Shown here piece after piece: positions 1 to 9,065 of a stretch of 64,000 nucleotides of DNA. Each line of letters begins with the position of its first letter. The stretch's first letter is position 1. Origin of the DNA: Dehalococcoidia bacterium UBA1162 (lineage in GTDB: Bacteria; Chloroflexota; Dehalococcoidia; GIF9; UBA5629); the NCBI GenBank assembly GCA_002311135.1, contig DBZK01000020.1:16903-80902 (forward strand), given 5' to 3'. A program made the translations under genes and the position numbers. The notes beneath the pieces are model-generated. The model made no database searches and was not told the origin of the DNA. It saw only the letters and a program-made list of their open reading frames with translations.

Positions 1-1
1 C

Positions 2-334
2 CCGGAAATCCCTGTTACCGCTGCACCCCAGGCCGCGGCCAGGGCCAAACTTTCTATGCCTAACGGCATGGAGATACCGCTTGCCACCGTCAGCAAAATC
101 ATTGGCAGGGGAGAGCTGGCGCGGGCGCTGGCGCTCGATGACCTGGGACTCATCTCGCGAAAGCATTTCGTTATTAACCTCGATGGGAGCCAATTCTCTA
201 TCGAGGATAACAGCAGCGCCAACGGCACACTGCTCAACGGCATCGATATCAAAGGCAAGGGACCGGTCGACCTGAATGATGAAGATAACATAGAGCCGGC
301 CGGGGCCATCAAACTCAAGTTCCACCTGCTCTAA
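2..334 (+). CDS. FHA domain-containing protein, C-terminal part (5' end lies outside the window)
   Basis: Frame 2 is open from the window edge. The C-terminus carries the FHA signature (GRG...SRKHF...SSANGT) and is paralogous to the C-termini of the next two genes, including the shared AKL(S/A)MP(N/D)G segment. Confidence 0.8.
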   Translation, partial: PEIPVTAAPQAAARAKLSMPNGMEIPLATVSKIIGRGELARALALDDLGLISRKHFVINLDGSQFSIEDNSSANGTLLNGIDIKGKGPVDLNDEDNIEPAGAIKLKFHLL

Positions 335-444
335 TAGCCTCATTTTGTCAGAAAACTGTCAGTGACCTGTAAGCCCGCGGTCAAGCAATCGCCTTCCAGA
401 CTGGGTATATTTAATACCAATAGAAATTATTTCAACGGAGTTGA

Positions 445-2010
445 TTGCTGGATATGAAAAAAATATTGATGCCGCTGCTTATACTAACACTGATATGTAC
501 GTCCGCAGTCAGCATTATTTCTCCGGTCCTGGCCCAGGGAGAAGCAACACCTCCCGTCAGCCCCGATGATACCTGGCAGCCTCCCTATGACGGCGGTACT
601 ACGCTCGACCCTTCGGTCGGAGTACAAACCTACGGTCAAAATTGGCCGGCTTTGCAGATACCGTTGCCTTCTCCGGTTGAACCGGGCATCCCCAGTTCGA
701 TTATAAATGCCTACCTGGTTAACAGCTACGGGCAACTGCTGACCAATCTTTATAGCAGTCAGCAGGTTTATCTGATCGTATCGTTCAACGGCCCGGGCTA
801 TTTTTATTTATGGGAGTATTACCCATCGGGCAGCAGCCCTTACGGGCACTGGCTATGTTACCGGTGGTACCGTCCGACCGCAGGTGTGTGGAGGATAGGG
901 CCTTTCGCCGCCCAGCAGTGGGACGCATCCGGCCGATATTACTGGAAAATGTGGTTCATCTCCGGTTTCACCTGGTCGACGCGCACGCTGAGCTTCAACT
1001 ATACCCGGGGCTACTATCCCAACGATGTACCGACCCCCACGCCAACACCTGTGGCAGCCCCCGTGATCAATTCATTTAACGTCAGTTTATCTTCGCTGGA
1101 TCTGGGGCAGACGGCAACGTTGACCTGGACTACCAGCAATGCAAGCAGCGTGACTATCTCGCCGGGAGTGGGCACTGTGGCCTCATCGGGCGCCACTACT
1201 GTGACTCCCTCGGCAACAACTGCCTATACACTTACGGCTGCGGGCAACTCGGGCAATCCCGTATCGTCCACCTTAACCATTACGGTCATGCCCAGGATGG
1301 CTCCTACGCTTAAGGCCGACCAGGCCACCATACAGAGCGGCCACTATGCCACCCTGTCATGGAATGCCCCCTCGGCAACCCAAGTATATATTTCAGGTGT
1401 GGGCAGCTACGGCTCCAGCGGCAGTGCCAGCGTAACGCCCGAAAACACGACCACCTATAATCTTACGGCTACTTATATAGATGGCAGCACACAATCGGCA
1501 TCGGTTACCGTCAACGTGCAATATCCGCCTTACCTGCTTTGGGGCTTGGTCGCCTTGCTGGCCCTGGCCGCCATCATTATAGTAGCGCTTCTGACCAGAA
1601 AACCGGCCAAAGTAGCTCCATCACAGGCCTCAGCCATTCATGCGGCCGGTACCAGCCCTGTCGAGGCTACCATCCCGGCAGGAACAGCCCCTGCGGTGAC
1701 ATCGATAGTGGATATCCCGCCGGCCAAGCTTGCGATGCCTGACGGAAGCGAGATACTGCTGGCAGGCAATTCGAGATCCTTCGGCAGGCATGATTTCAGC
1801 AAGTTCCTTCCTGACGACGGCGTCTCTTACATATCCAGGCAGCATATCAATATCTGGTATGAAAATGAAGGTTACTACATCGAGGACCGCAGCAGCACTA
1901 ACGGCACCCGGCTTAACGGAACGGAGATCAAAGGCACCGGAAGGCATGTCCTGGAGAACGGAGATACCATTGACCTGGCAGATAAATTAAAGATTGATTT
2001 TAAAAAATAG
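445..2010 (+). CDS. Single-pass membrane protein: signal peptide, W/Y-rich domain, two Ig-like repeats, TM helix, cytoplasmic FHA domain
   Basis: N-terminal hydrophobic signal (LLILTLICTSAV). Two roughly 75-aa beta-sandwich-like repeats (TLTWTTSNASSVTISPGVG..., TLSWNAPSATQVYISGVG...). TM segment LLWGLVALLALAAIIIVALL. C-terminal FHA motifs FGRHD...SRQH...STNGT. Confidence 0.85.
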   Translation: MLDMKKILMPLLILTLICTSAVSIISPVLAQGEATPPVSPDDTWQPPYDGGTTLDPSVGVQTYGQNWPALQIPLPSPVEPGIPSSIINAYLVNSYGQLLTNLYSSQQVYLIVSFNGPGYFYLWEYYPSGSSPYGHWLCYRWYRPTAGVWRIGPFAAQQWDASGRYYWKMWFISGFTWSTRTLSFNYTRGYYPNDVPTPTPTPVAAPVINSFNVSLSSLDLGQTATLTWTTSNASSVTISPGVGTVASSGATTVTPSATTAYTLTAAGNSGNPVSSTLTITVMPRMAPTLKADQATIQSGHYATLSWNAPSATQVYISGVGSYGSSGSASVTPENTTTYNLTATYIDGSTQSASVTVNVQYPPYLLWGLVALLALAAIIIVALLTRKPAKVAPSQASAIHAAGTSPVEATIPAGTAPAVTSIVDIPPAKLAMPDGSEILLAGNSRSFGRHDFSKFLPDDGVSYISRQHINIWYENEGYYIEDRSSTNGTRLNGTEIKGTGRHVLENGDTIDLADKLKIDFKK

Positions 2011-2030
2011 TACGATCCAAGGAGGTTACT

Positions 2031-3560
2031 ATGAACTATAAAAAGACCATTCTTGTACTGGCATCGCTGGTGGCATGCGCCATCTTTCTATTCCCTCTGA
2101 CGCCCGCTTACGCGGCACCCAATACAGCGGCGCCGGGAACTGCGGCCGTTCAGCTTAACGACGATGCGGCTACAACTACCGCGGATACAACCACGGTTAC
2201 GCCGCCGGTCGATACTACTTCGACAACGCCGACGGTTACTACTGTGGCTACGGCCCCAGCAGATACAACCCCGACAACGCCGACGGTTACCACTACGACT
2301 ACGGTGTCAACAGATACGGGAACAACCGTACCAGCCGTGTCTGATGCGGCCGGAACTACCCCGCCCCCACCTCCTCCGCCTGCTCCTACAACCACTGATA
2401 CCTCGGCAACAACGCCTTCTCTACCGAATACAACAGGTCCCTTGTTAGCCCCACCGACAGGTCCTTCGGGCACTTCGGGAACACTTGGACACCATCACCC
2501 GTTCACTCCGCCTGCGCCTGGAGATCCTCCGCCTTCTGACCCTTCGGGCACTCTGGGGCATCACCGTCCCCCACACCCTAACCCCAATCCCAATCCTAAT
2601 CCCTATCCGTATCCCTACTATCCGAATACCTATTATCAATATCCGTACTCGTATTACCCCTATTACAACTATTACAACTCGGTGTTTCCTTATAACTATA
2701 ACTATTACCAGGCCTATCCTGTTCAACAGCAGCAGGACTATGCGCCGACAATCAGCTCTTTCACAGCTAATCCCAACTACGTTCAGCCGGGACAGTCGGC
2801 CACTCTGTCATGGGTGGTCAGCAACGCTAACTCGGTCAGTGTTTCACCGTCCGTCGGCTCCGTAGCCATCTCCAACTCGGCCATCGTCACACCCGCAGCC
2901 ACTACCACCTATACCATCACTGCCACCAACAGTGTGGGCACGGTGACAGCCATGACCACGGTCACGGTGGCTCCCTACGTAACCACCTATCCGACATACA
3001 GCAGCCCACCGGTCGATACCAGCACCGTCACTATGCAAGCCAACACGCCGCTCACTCCTGAAGGATCCAACCTGTGGCCTCTCATCGTCCTGCTGATCGC
3101 CCTTATGGCGGTGTCAGCCGCAGTTATCATAGCCCTCGTATCCAGGAAGCACACTGCAGCGGTTCAGCATTCCGGCACTGCATCGGCCTTTACTGCTGCA
3201 ACCGGGACGGCGCCCGCAGCTACACTGCCGGCCACTGGCACGCCGCACACCACGCCTATAGGGGCGGGCACGGCGCGCCTGGTTTCGGCCGACGGTGGAG
3301 AGCTGTCCATCAGGGGCGGCGCCATGCCTCTAGGGCGGAGCGATCTACGTTCCCTGACGACAGCCGACAAGTCCGACCTCATATCCCGTAAACATCTCAC
3401 CATGGAATATGAAAACGGCGACTATTACATAGAAGATAGCAACAGCACCAATGGTACCCGCCTCAACGGCGAATCCATACGGGGCAAGGGCAAACAACTA
3501 TTGAGAAACGGGGATAACATCGAAATAGCGGACGCCGTGAAACTCACATTCAGAACCTAA
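2031..3560 (+). CDS. Single-pass membrane protein: signal peptide, Thr/Pro-rich and Tyr/Pro/Asn-rich low-complexity region, Ig-like repeat, TM helix, cytoplasmic FHA domain
   Basis: AGGAGG sits 7 nt upstream of the ATG. Signal peptide ends in AYA. Ig-like repeat SATLSWVVSNANSVSVSPSVG. TM segment LWPLIVLLIALMAVSAAVIIALV. FHA motifs LGRSD...SRKH...STNGT. Confidence 0.85.
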   Translation: MNYKKTILVLASLVACAIFLFPLTPAYAAPNTAAPGTAAVQLNDDAATTTADTTTVTPPVDTTSTTPTVTTVATAPADTTPTTPTVTTTTTVSTDTGTTVPAVSDAAGTTPPPPPPPAPTTTDTSATTPSLPNTTGPLLAPPTGPSGTSGTLGHHHPFTPPAPGDPPPSDPSGTLGHHRPPHPNPNPNPNPYPYPYYPNTYYQYPYSYYPYYNYYNSVFPYNYNYYQAYPVQQQQDYAPTISSFTANPNYVQPGQSATLSWVVSNANSVSVSPSVGSVAISNSAIVTPAATTTYTITATNSVGTVTAMTTVTVAPYVTTYPTYSSPPVDTSTVTMQANTPLTPEGSNLWPLIVLLIALMAVSAAVIIALVSRKHTAAVQHSGTASAFTAATGTAPAATLPATGTPHTTPIGAGTARLVSADGGELSIRGGAMPLGRSDLRSLTTADKSDLISRKHLTMEYENGDYYIEDSNSTNGTRLNGESIRGKGKQLLRNGDNIEIADAVKLTFRT

Positions 3561-3564
3561 AAGA

Positions 3565-3602
3565 AAAGCCGGCACGTTTTCATACTGCGTGCCGGCTTTT
3601 TG
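3565..3602 (+). terminator. Rho-independent terminator after the FHA gene array
   Basis: GCCGGCACG (3568-3576) pairs with CGTGCCGGC (3588-3596) and is followed by a T-run. Confidence 0.75.
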
Positions 3603-3701
3603 CTGTCCAAAATGGAGCCACCCTGGCTGTCGTTTTTATGCTAGCATTGTAGGGACGGTTGATTTTTACAAGTCAACTATACAGACTAGGAGGTTGAAAC
3701 G

Positions 3702-4493
3702 ATGGCCAGGGCTTTTTGGAAAGGGGTTATCAGCTTCGGCATGGTCGCCATACCCGTTAAAATGTATGTAGCTACCGAGTCCCACACTACCAGCTTTCAT
3801 ATACTACATAAGAAATGCCTGTCGCGCTTGAAACAGATGTGGTTCTGCCCTACCGATAATGAATACCTGCCCCTGCAGGAGACCGTGAGGGGGTACGAAT
3901 ACGCCCCCGGCCAATACGTGGTACTGGAAGAGAGTGATTTCAAGAAGGTCCCGCTCAAAACCCTGCATTCCATCAGCATCGACGGTTTTGTAAATTCCGG
4001 TGAAATCGACCCCATTTATTACCAGGGCAGCCATTACCTGGAGCCGGATGAGCTGGGAGTCAAACCCTTTTCCCTGTTGCGCCAGACCCTGTTGAAGACC
4101 GGTCGCGTCGGCGTCGCCAAGGTAACTTTTCAACGTCAGGAACACTTTTGCTGCCTGCGGCCCTTCGAAAACATCATGATGCTGCACACTATTCACTACC
4201 AGGCCGAGATTCTGCCCAAGGGCGACCTCAAGCCGCCTGTTCAAGAGCTTTCCAAAAATGAGCTGGATATGGCTGCTGCACTGGTTGAGGCTATGACTAA
4301 AAAGTTCCATCCGCAGGATTACCGGAACGACTATCACGAAGCCCTGAAAAAGGTCATCGATGCCAGAGTGAAGGGACTGGAGATCAAGTCGCCCAGAGAA
4401 CCGAAGGCGGCCGTCAAGGACCTCATGGAAGCCCTGCGCACTAGCATTGAAACAGCCAGAAAGGAGACCACCGCCGCGGGTAGAACGAAATAG
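3702..4493 (+). CDS. ku: Ku protein (non-homologous end joining)
   Basis: The N-terminus MARAFWKGVISFGMVAIPVKMY is the classic bacterial Ku start. Size is 263 aa, and AGGAGG lies upstream. Confidence 0.93.
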   Translation: MARAFWKGVISFGMVAIPVKMYVATESHTTSFHILHKKCLSRLKQMWFCPTDNEYLPLQETVRGYEYAPGQYVVLEESDFKKVPLKTLHSISIDGFVNSGEIDPIYYQGSHYLEPDELGVKPFSLLRQTLLKTGRVGVAKVTFQRQEHFCCLRPFENIMMLHTIHYQAEILPKGDLKPPVQELSKNELDMAAALVEAMTKKFHPQDYRNDYHEALKKVIDARVKGLEIKSPREPKAAVKDLMEALRTSIETARKETTAAGRTK

Positions 4494-4541
4494 GCCGGCC
4501 GGTTCGGCGGGATTTGCTATAGGGTGCCACTACAGTGTAGA

Positions 4542-5426
4542 TCAGGCCAGTAATCTGGCCATCTGCCCGGCATTCTTGACAGGGTTATCCTGATATTTAT
4601 TCTTGAAGATGATATGCAGTTCATCGGTTGCATCCGCCATTTTCCGTATGCGCGGCAGCCATTCCCTCAGTTCATCTTCCCTGTATAAATATTTATAGCG
4701 TTCGTGGGCGGGAATATCCTTTTTCTCCCAGTTTTCCGTGTTGCGACCGTGAAATCGTATTATCCCGATCGAGGAGGTGACCTCGGCAAGCGGCTCTACA
4801 CTGGTCTTCAAACCCTGTGGGCCGTCGACACAGACGAGGGCGATATCCAGTTTGCGCAGCAGCTCCAGCGTGCTTTCCCTGTTTCTTTCATTTAACCAGT
4901 CGTTGGTTCGGAATTCTACCGCAAGGTCATATCCCGGCAGCTTCTCTTTGCACTCAGCAATATAGCTCATGTTCCGGTGCTGGGCATGGAACCATGGTGG
5001 AAACTGCAGGAGCAATACTCCAAGTTTACCGGCATCCGACACAGGTTTAACCAGATCGTTAAATAATCGCCACAGGGCATCCACCAGGGGAGGCGGCATG
5101 AGGTTCAGATACAGGTTCTTCTGAGTGTAATCTTCCAGCCCCTTTCGGGCAAAACGGGGCAAGGCGCTGAAGGGAGTCGGGTGCCCGGTAAACAGGCTAA
5201 AGACCTTTATGTCGAAAACAAATCCCGGCGGCGTTTGGGTTAGCCACAGGTTGAGGTTTGTCCTGGTAGGCATGATATGGAAAGCGGAGTCTATCTCGGC
5301 CACTGCAAAATGGGTGCTGTAGTAGGCCAAACGCTCAGCCGGTGTTTTAATGCCTTCAGGATAAAAACCGTTTTTTAACAAGGCCGGGTCGGCCCACGAG
5401 GAAATGCCTATTAAAATTCGACCCAT
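4542..5426 (-). CDS. DUF72 (YecE-like) family protein
   Basis: IGISSWADP... at the N-terminus, with length and overall pattern typical of DUF72. Confidence 0.7.
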   Translation of the reverse strand: MGRILIGISSWADPALLKNGFYPEGIKTPAERLAYYSTHFAVAEIDSAFHIMPTRTNLNLWLTQTPPGFVFDIKVFSLFTGHPTPFSALPRFARKGLEDYTQKNLYLNLMPPPLVDALWRLFNDLVKPVSDAGKLGVLLLQFPPWFHAQHRNMSYIAECKEKLPGYDLAVEFRTNDWLNERNRESTLELLRKLDIALVCVDGPQGLKTSVEPLAEVTSSIGIIRFHGRNTENWEKKDIPAHERYKYLYREDELREWLPRIRKMADATDELHIIFKNKYQDNPVKNAGQMARLLA

Positions 5427-5554
5427 GGATTAAATTCGTTCCTAAGTTAATTTAATCATAAGCATATATGGGACTGCGGTCAATGCTATGCCGTTCCGAA
5501 TCCATATTTGTTACACCGCAAAATGAGCATTTTGCTATCCGGCGGTATAATTTA

Positions 5555-8248
5555 ATGATGTTGAGGGAATACGAGGAGAAACGCGATTTCACCCGTAGCC
5601 CCGAGCCGATTCCACGCTTACCCGGCAGCGAAGGGCCGCTCAAATTCGTCGTTCAAAAACACGCCGCCCGCCGCCTCCATTACGATTTCCGCCTGGAAGT
5701 TGACGGCGTTCTCAAGTCATGGTCCGTGCCCTCCGGCCCGTCGGCCGACCCAAGCATAAAAAGGCTGGCGGTCATGGTGGAAGACCACCCTCTGGACTAT
5801 AGAACATTCGAGGGGGCCATCCCCAGGGGCCAGTACGGTGCGGGAGAGGTGATCGTCTGGGACGAGGGCGATTATTCACCGGAGGACGGCGGCAAGCTGT
5901 TCTTCGATGACCCTGAAACGGCCCAACGGTTAATGGACAAGGGGATTGAGAGCGGCAAACTATCGATTACGCTACGGGGCCGCCGCATGATGGGATCCTG
6001 GACTCTGGTCAAGATGTCCGGCCCCAACAATAACTGGCTACTGATTAAACACAGGGATAAATTCGCCGGGGAAAGTCGCGACCTTCTCAGTGAAAATACG
6101 TCGGTCCGTTCGGGCCTCAGCATCGAGGACATCAGAGCCGGACACCTCCCGCTAACGGGAAGGGACAGTTACCCCGACCCCTCGAATTTGCCCGGGGCCA
6201 GCCGGGAGCCTTTCCCGTCCTCCCTTGCGCCCATGCTGGCCGGGTTGGCCACCACACCGCCGGCGGAGCCCGGGTGGTTGTTCGAGCCCAAGCTGGACGG
6301 CTTCCGTTCTCTGGCAATTATTCAAGGGGGTAGGGCCAAACTGATTTCCCGCAACGGGCTGGATATTAGCGACCGCTATCCCCCGCTGATCAAGGACCTG
6401 AATAACCAAAATTATATCGATCTGGTGCTGGACGGGGAGATAACAGCACTGGACGACGACGGACGGCCATGCTTCCAGTGCCTGCAGGATTACCTGAAAG
6501 CCAATAGAGAAGCCGATCAGGACACGTCATCTGCGCCTCTCATATATTATGTCTTCGATATCCTTTACCTGGATGGATATGGGCTGTGGAATGTCCCTCT
6601 CATTCAACGTAAGAAGTTGCTGGCCAGGAATTTAAAGGATACCGGAATTGTACGCCCCGTGGCCTACTTCGAGGGCAATGGGGTTGAAGTCTACCGTGCC
6701 TCTATCGGGCAGGGGCTGGAGGGGATCATGGCCAAGCGTGAGTCAAGCCTTTACGAGGCTGGCCGGCGCAGCCATAACTGGATAAAAATAAAAGCTACCC
6801 TCAGTGATGACTTTGTAGTCGGCGGCTTCACGCCGGGTTACGGTAACAAGACGCACACATTTGGAGCGCTTCTGCTGGGATATTATGATAGGGAGGGTCA
6901 CCTGGTATACGCCGGACACGTGGGCAGCGGCTTCGATGATCAGAGACTATCGGATTTGCTGGCCCGTATGGAACGCATGGTGTCTAAGGAATGCCCCTTC
7001 ACACCACCACCCTCACTCCATACAGCGGCCACCTGGATACGCCCGGAATTGGTGGCCGAGGTCAAGTTCGCCCAGTGGACGCAGGACGGCCGCCTTCGTC
7101 AGCCCGTCTTTTTACGCCTCCGTGAAGACAAAATGCCGCGCGACGTTCATCGCACCACGATCATATCCGCACCCGGCGATGCCCGACCCCTGAAAGCCGA
7201 CCCGCTTTCTACGGAGTTAGAAAAAATATTAAAGCAGCTTGCCGACCCGCGGGAAGACCTGGAAATCGCCGTGCAGGGGCATAAAATTGCGCTGACCAAC
7301 CTGAACAAAGAACTATGGCCGGGGGTAGACGGCCGCATGCCTTTTACCAAGCGTGATCTGGTCACCTACTTGGCGACTATTTCACCCTTTATTCTGCCCC
7401 ACCTGGAGGACCGCCCCCTTACCCTCAGCCGCTATCCTGGAGGTATTGAGGGCCAGCACTTTTACCAGCGGCACTGGGATAGTCCAAAGCCTGATTTTGT
7501 TGAGACTGTGGCCTTGGCCACAGAACATGAAACGAACATCAAAGACTACCTGGAATGTAACAACCTGGCCACGCTTCTGTGGCTGGGGCAACTGGGCACT
7601 ATCGAATATCATTCGTGGTTCTCACGTGTCAGCACCGCCCCTGAAGGCCGCATCGGCGATACCGGTGGGGAAAATATAGATATTACCGACTACCCCGATT
7701 TCATTATCTTCGATCTCGACCCCTACATATATTCGGGCAAGGAGGCAAAAGGAGCTGAGCCGGAGTTCAATACAGCCGCCTTCGAAGGCGTATGCAAAGT
7801 GGCACTGTGGCTCAAAGAGATGCTGGACTCGCTCTCGCTCTCCTCCTTTATCAAAACTTCGGGGCGTACCGGTCTGCACATCTACGTGCCTATCAACCGG
7901 CAATTTGACTACCGTTCGGTCCGCACAGCGGCTGAAACTATCGCTCGATTCGTCCTGAAAGAGCATCCGCGTGAAGTAACCGTGGATTGGGCCGTGGAAA
8001 AGCGCACCGGCAAGATTTTTATTGATTATAATCAGAATGTGAGGGGCAAGACCCTGGCCTCTGCATACTCTCCCCGCGCCGCTCCCGGGGCGACCGTATC
8101 GGTCCCCCTGCGCTGGGATGAGCTCGGCAAGATATCGCCAACAAGTTTCGATATCAAATCTGTTCCCCGGCGCCTGTCCGAAACCGGGGACCTCTGGGCC
8201 AAAATTTTGGACGCCAAACGAGACTTAAAGAATTTGCTGAAACTGTGA
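5555..8248 (+). CDS. ligD: ATP-dependent DNA ligase LigD with domain order phosphoesterase, ligase, polymerase/primase
   Basis: YEEKRDFTRSPEP and FVVQKHAARRLHYDFRLE mark the PE domain. FEPKLDGFR is ligase motif I (KxDG). The C-terminal AEP primase-polymerase region contains IIFDLDP. The ORF opens at 5468, but the conserved N-terminus starts at the ATG pair 5555/5558. Confidence 0.9.
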   Translation: MMLREYEEKRDFTRSPEPIPRLPGSEGPLKFVVQKHAARRLHYDFRLEVDGVLKSWSVPSGPSADPSIKRLAVMVEDHPLDYRTFEGAIPRGQYGAGEVIVWDEGDYSPEDGGKLFFDDPETAQRLMDKGIESGKLSITLRGRRMMGSWTLVKMSGPNNNWLLIKHRDKFAGESRDLLSENTSVRSGLSIEDIRAGHLPLTGRDSYPDPSNLPGASREPFPSSLAPMLAGLATTPPAEPGWLFEPKLDGFRSLAIIQGGRAKLISRNGLDISDRYPPLIKDLNNQNYIDLVLDGEITALDDDGRPCFQCLQDYLKANREADQDTSSAPLIYYVFDILYLDGYGLWNVPLIQRKKLLARNLKDTGIVRPVAYFEGNGVEVYRASIGQGLEGIMAKRESSLYEAGRRSHNWIKIKATLSDDFVVGGFTPGYGNKTHTFGALLLGYYDREGHLVYAGHVGSGFDDQRLSDLLARMERMVSKECPFTPPPSLHTAATWIRPELVAEVKFAQWTQDGRLRQPVFLRLREDKMPRDVHRTTIISAPGDARPLKADPLSTELEKILKQLADPREDLEIAVQGHKIALTNLNKELWPGVDGRMPFTKRDLVTYLATISPFILPHLEDRPLTLSRYPGGIEGQHFYQRHWDSPKPDFVETVALATEHETNIKDYLECNNLATLLWLGQLGTIEYHSWFSRVSTAPEGRIGDTGGENIDITDYPDFIIFDLDPYIYSGKEAKGAEPEFNTAAFEGVCKVALWLKEMLDSLSLSSFIKTSGRTGLHIYVPINRQFDYRSVRTAAETIARFVLKEHPREVTVDWAVEKRTGKIFIDYNQNVRGKTLASAYSPRAAPGATVSVPLRWDELGKISPTSFDIKSVPRRLSETGDLWAKILDAKRDLKNLLKL

Positions 8249-8270
8249 AGAGCTTTCTATTGGACCCTGA

Positions 8271-8981
8271 CTATACGCGCACTGCACCCGGTTCGATGTG
8301 TTCCATGTCAGTTGCTAATTGCTTTAAAACACCCAGGTGATATACCTTTTTCATCTCGCCCACGATCCATCTGCCTTTGGAGCAACTGACTGCGAAGGCC
8401 ATTATTTTATCGATAAATTCATCTTCGTTGTACGTCGATGTAATTATTCCGCTGGCTGCAGCCTCTTTCCCCGTGAAGCGCCTGCCGCTGAATATGATAT
8501 CCTCCACCATGTACATGGGCATAACTTGTTTCAACAACGCGGCAGTGCCGGGAACGATTGGATATCCTCTATCGACGGCCGGTATGCAGAAATATCCTCG
8601 CTGGGACAGCATAAAGCGGAAATCAAAACAGCAGCTAAGCACAGCACCTCCACCGAAAACATGGCCGTTGATAGCGGCTATGGTCAGCAGCGGATAGGTA
8701 AGCAACCTTCTGCGCAATTCGATATCCTTTGCCAGAAACCGAGTTACCGTCTCTTTATCGCCTTCCGCCAGCCGGGCGTTGATCCAATCGATGTCGAAGC
8801 CATTGGACCATACCCCGGCATGACCCGATTTTATCACCAGGGTCAGAGCATCGGTCTCTTTCTCAATCTCATCCAGCGTAGCAAGTAATGAAAGGCAAAG
8901 GTCGAGATTAAGCCGGTTATCGTCCTGGTCCAGGGTGACAACCGCAACTTTGCCATTCAACTTAAGGTCAAGCTTCGCCAA
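8271..8981 (-). CDS. Enoyl-CoA hydratase/isomerase (crotonase-fold) family protein
   Basis: Crotonase-like layout (VAVVTLDQ..., WSNGFDIDW, GHVFGGGAVL). Close paralog of 10727..11440. Confidence 0.75.
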   Translation of the reverse strand: MAKLDLKLNGKVAVVTLDQDDNRLNLDLCLSLLATLDEIEKETDALTLVIKSGHAGVWSNGFDIDWINARLAEGDKETVTRFLAKDIELRRRLLTYPLLTIAAINGHVFGGGAVLSCCFDFRFMLSQRGYFCIPAVDRGYPIVPGTAALLKQVMPMYMVEDIIFSGRRFTGKEAAASGIITSTYNEDEFIDKIMAFAVSCSKGRWIVGEMKKVYHLGVLKQLATDMEHIEPGAVRV

Positions 8982-9065
8982 ATCTAAATCCTCATACCTG
9001 AATAAAGGAGTATTCGAGAGATGCGCAGATCGGATAGCGAGTCAATTATTCTCCCCGCGGATAAG

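Noticed and set aside
2150-2865. ORFs 2150..2473 (-), 2164..2448 (+), 2445..2726 (-) and 2485..2865 (+)
   Set aside because: They are artefacts of the low-complexity Thr/Pro and Tyr/Pro/Asn coding repeats, which stay open in several frames.
3804-4337. Long antisense or out-of-frame ORFs inside well-supported genes, for example 3804..4337 (-), 8337..8888 (+), 15569..16201 (+), 16490..17092 (+), 19894..20730 (+), 21848..22414 (+), 24473..25267 (+), 26949..27566 (-), 54369..54884 (+) and 59926..60528 (-)
   Set aside because: These are shadow ORFs of genes with clear family signatures on the other strand or frame. Their products are Arg/Gly/Pro-biased with no motifs.
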